DNA of 64,000 bases, taken from contig JAICLL010000003.1 in NCBI GenBank assembly GCA_025927475.1, positions 33,857 to 97,856 of the forward strand, given 5' to 3'. Positions within the stretch are counted from its first letter, which is position 1, and each line of letters starts with the position of its first letter. Of the stretch, positions 61,950 to 64,000 are shown piece by piece. A program made the position numbers and the translations under genes. The notes beneath the pieces were generated by a model. That model was not told the origin of the DNA. It did not search any database and saw only the letters and a program-made list of their open reading frames with translations. Origin of the DNA: Pirellulales bacterium (GTDB lineage Bacteria; Planctomycetota; Planctomycetia; Pirellulales; JAICIG01).

Positions 61950-61983
61950 AAAAAAAGCCGGGTCTCCACGCGGAGACCCGGCT
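61950..61983 (-). terminator. Rho-independent terminator after the Cys-rich gene
   Basis: AGCCGGGTCTCC-GCGT-GGAGACCCGGCT followed by a T-run on the minus strand. Confidence 0.85.
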
Positions 61984-62062
61984 CGATGCCTGACAAGGCC
62001 GCCATCAGGGCTTGGCGTCCTAGTGGAGAACTCAATCCAGGGCGGTGAAGCCCTCGCCCGAA

Positions 62063-62524
62063 CTAGCCGCGGAAACGGACCAGACGGACGCGGCTGCGCT
62101 CAATGCCAGCCGAGGGGGCGTTGCCCGGCGCCGGGGGCGCTTCGGGGGCAGCCGGGGGAGCAGCTTCAGGACCAGTGGGTCCCTGGCCACCGGGGCCCAT
62201 GCCGCCCGCCGGGGCACCGTAACCGCCGCCGTAGCCACAGCAAGCCGGGGCGACGGGGCCACAGCAGGGATTGCCGCAGCAGTTGTTGCGGCGCTGATGG
62301 TGACGGCGGTGTCCGTGATGACGGCGACCGCCACACGGCGCGCAGCAATCAGCGGGACCGCAGCAGGCCGGAGCGCCGCCACAGGCGTAGCCGTCGCAGC
62401 CCATGCAACCGCCGCCGCCGCCGCCGTGGCCATGACCGGCCAAAACCTTGTTGTCGCCTCCCATCAAGGCGATTCCGACCACCGCGAAGAAGATCGCGAC
62501 GCCGAAGACCAATGCACGATTCAT
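62063..62524 (-). CDS. Secreted Cys/His/Gly/Pro-rich small protein (153 aa)
   Basis: GGAGG RBS; signal peptide ending VLA; 14 Cys in CC/PACCG motifs; RRHHGHRRHH; Pro/Ala tail. Confidence 0.8.
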   Translation of the reverse strand: MNRALVFGVAIFFAVVGIALMGGDNKVLAGHGHGGGGGGCMGCDGYACGGAPACCGPADCCAPCGGRRHHGHRRHHQRRNNCCGNPCCGPVAPACCGYGGGYGAPAGGMGPGGQGPTGPEAAPPAAPEAPPAPGNAPSAGIERSRVRLVRFRG

Positions 62525-62790
62525 TCGTAATTCCTCCAACAAACAGGTACGTACCTAGAAAACGAAATCGGGCCGTCACATCGTCCGTCCCCCTCCTGAC
62601 GGCCGCTCAAGGGGAGGGAGCCTTATCGTTTTCGTGTTGCACACGCCGCAACGTAGTTCGCCCCTCAACCCCAGGCCGCCACCAGAACCAGCCCGCCCCT
62701 GGCTCAGGTCGCTACGCAGGCCAATCTTTCCCTGTGAGTTAGCCTGTAGCGATTACGCTGCCTGCATGTGATGCACACGCTAGGTTGACC

Positions 62791-62818
62791 AGACTAGCAT
62801 TGCACGAATAGTTGTCAA
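62791..62818 (-). promoter_or_regulatory. Sigma70-type promoter of the Cys-rich gene
   Basis: TTGACA-16 nt-TAGTCT with extended TGn; implies a leader of about 260 nt. Confidence 0.6.
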
Positions 62819-62914
62819 GCGGCAAACAGCACAATCTGTATGTATTGCGCCGAGTCGGGTGTTTGGGGGTTATTTAGCGACGCGCTTGACTGCGAAAACC
62901 AGGCCACCGCGCAT

Positions 62915-62939
62915 AAAAAAAGGCCCCAGGTGGGGCCTT
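62915..62939 (-). terminator. Rho-independent terminator
   Basis: AAGGCCCC-ACCT-GGGGCCTT followed by a T-run on the minus strand. Confidence 0.8.
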
Positions 62940-62997
62940 AAGAGATCGCGTGCGAAACGCTTTATCGAGAAAAGACTTATCGCGTCTTGCTCGCCGC

Positions 62998-63690
62998 TCA
63001 CCGCAGGGGGTGCTGGCGAGCTTCTCGAACTTGCGGTGCGCTAAGAGTGGGTTCTTGACGATCGGGCTGGTCGCTTTTGGACCCCGTGGCACCCAACTCG
63101 GCGCGCGCTCGGAGCTCCATCTCGTGCTCCACCATGAGCTGTTTGCGCTGCATGTCTTCGGGGTTTTCAAAGTCGAGCACCACGGGCGGCTGGTCGTCGA
63201 ACACTTGGGTAGCCATGCCGCCAATTCGCCAGCCCTCTTTCTCGCGTCGCAGGGCCCACAGGATTTCGTCGGTAATCGGCTGCCCGTCTTCGCCGATATC
63301 GGTCCATTTGCTGGCCACGTGGGCCAGCTTGCCGTCGCCCTCGGGCGGAAGCTCAATTTCGCCGATTTCGAACGTGGCCGTATCGCTTTCGGTGGGGGCC
63401 AAACCCATGTCTTGTTCCGCCGTTTTTTCGCGCGCCAGGCTGGTCAGCATGGCGTTGGCCGTGTCCTGGTCCCCCGATTTGATGGCGTTCAAGAACGCGG
63501 AAACTGTGGCTTCCGGCCCAGGCAGCGAGTCCTCTTGCGAGTCGTCGTTTTCACCGCCGATATCAGCCCGATCTGGGGACTCCGCCGTGGGCGAGGTGTC
63601 GGCCACGGGCTGCTCGCCTGCGGAGCCGCCGCAACCCACCGAAACGCCAAGTATGCACGCCAAGGCCAACAACCAACTGCCGCGTTCCAT
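62998..63690 (-). CDS. Acidic lipoprotein with NTF2-like domain
   Basis: Lipobox VSVGC; PEATVSAFLNAIKSGD..W.LRREKEGWRI. Confidence 0.75.
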   Translation of the reverse strand: MERGSWLLALACILGVSVGCGGSAGEQPVADTSPTAESPDRADIGGENDDSQEDSLPGPEATVSAFLNAIKSGDQDTANAMLTSLAREKTAEQDMGLAPTESDTATFEIGEIELPPEGDGKLAHVASKWTDIGEDGQPITDEILWALRREKEGWRIGGMATQVFDDQPPVVLDFENPEDMQRKQLMVEHEMELRARAELGATGSKSDQPDRQEPTLSAPQVREARQHPLR

Positions 63691-63819
63691 CGCGTACGCT
63701 CCTCTTAAGTCCAAAGAAATTCCTTGCCGGGCAAGGTGGCCGCGGAGTCTCCCAAGAACCCAGCTTTGGGTCAAGACGAACGGCTGAGAAAAAGATTCGC
63801 CGCCAGGCGGGCCGGCGAT

Positions 63820-64000
63820 TTACTTGAATGCTGCGAAGTCTTTGCCAAGCAGAGAGGAGGCAATCTTGAGCTTGAGGATTTCGTCGGTGCCCTCGTAGAT
63901 GCGGCAAACGCGCACGTCTTGCAGGTGCCGGCCAACGCGGTACAGCTCTGAAAAACCCCGGCCCCCAAAGATCTGCACCGCGCGATCGGCCGCGTCCCAG
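63820..64000 (-). CDS. Acyl-CoA dehydrogenase, C-terminal end (partial)
   Basis: Manual translation: WDAADRAVQIFGGRGFSELYRVGRHLQDVRVCRIYEGTDEILKLKIA. Confidence 0.9.
   Translation of the reverse strand, partial: WDAADRAVQIFGGRGFSELYRVGRHLQDVRVCRIYEGTDEILKLKIASSLLGKDFAAFK

Overview
High-GC bacterial DNA, very probably a planctomycete (Pirellulales-like). The evidence is a planctomycete-type ECF sigma factor, DUF4058 and Uma2 expansions, an SHD1/WD40 protein, DUF1080, a lipoprotein TolC and an alpha2-type GlyRS. The backbone is housekeeping and envelope genes: MoxR, an RRM protein, YgiQ, an HD hydrolase, YyaL, a GT2, Maa, tRNA-Leu(TAG), TolC, glyQS, ApbE, an NnrS-like gene plus qNor, an AsmA-like protein and an acyl-CoA dehydrogenase. 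Small accessory cassettes interrupt it: 4 Uma2 genes, 2 DUF4058 genes, toxin-antitoxin pairs with broken toxins, and internally deleted gene remnants. At least five REP-like palindrome families and several 7-nt-periodic arrays are present. I saw no CRISPR array, integrase or transposase. The best candidates for undescribed biology are (i) a prodomain-less S53 protease plus polytopic patatin gene pair, (ii) a Cys/His-rich secreted protein gene upstream of an SdpA/SdpB-like (HTTM) pair, (iii) a membrane protein that looks like an acyl carrier protein circularly permuted at its phosphopantetheine site, and (iv) an in-frame internally deleted mini ECF sigma. All family assignments come from motif recognition by eye, not from database searches.
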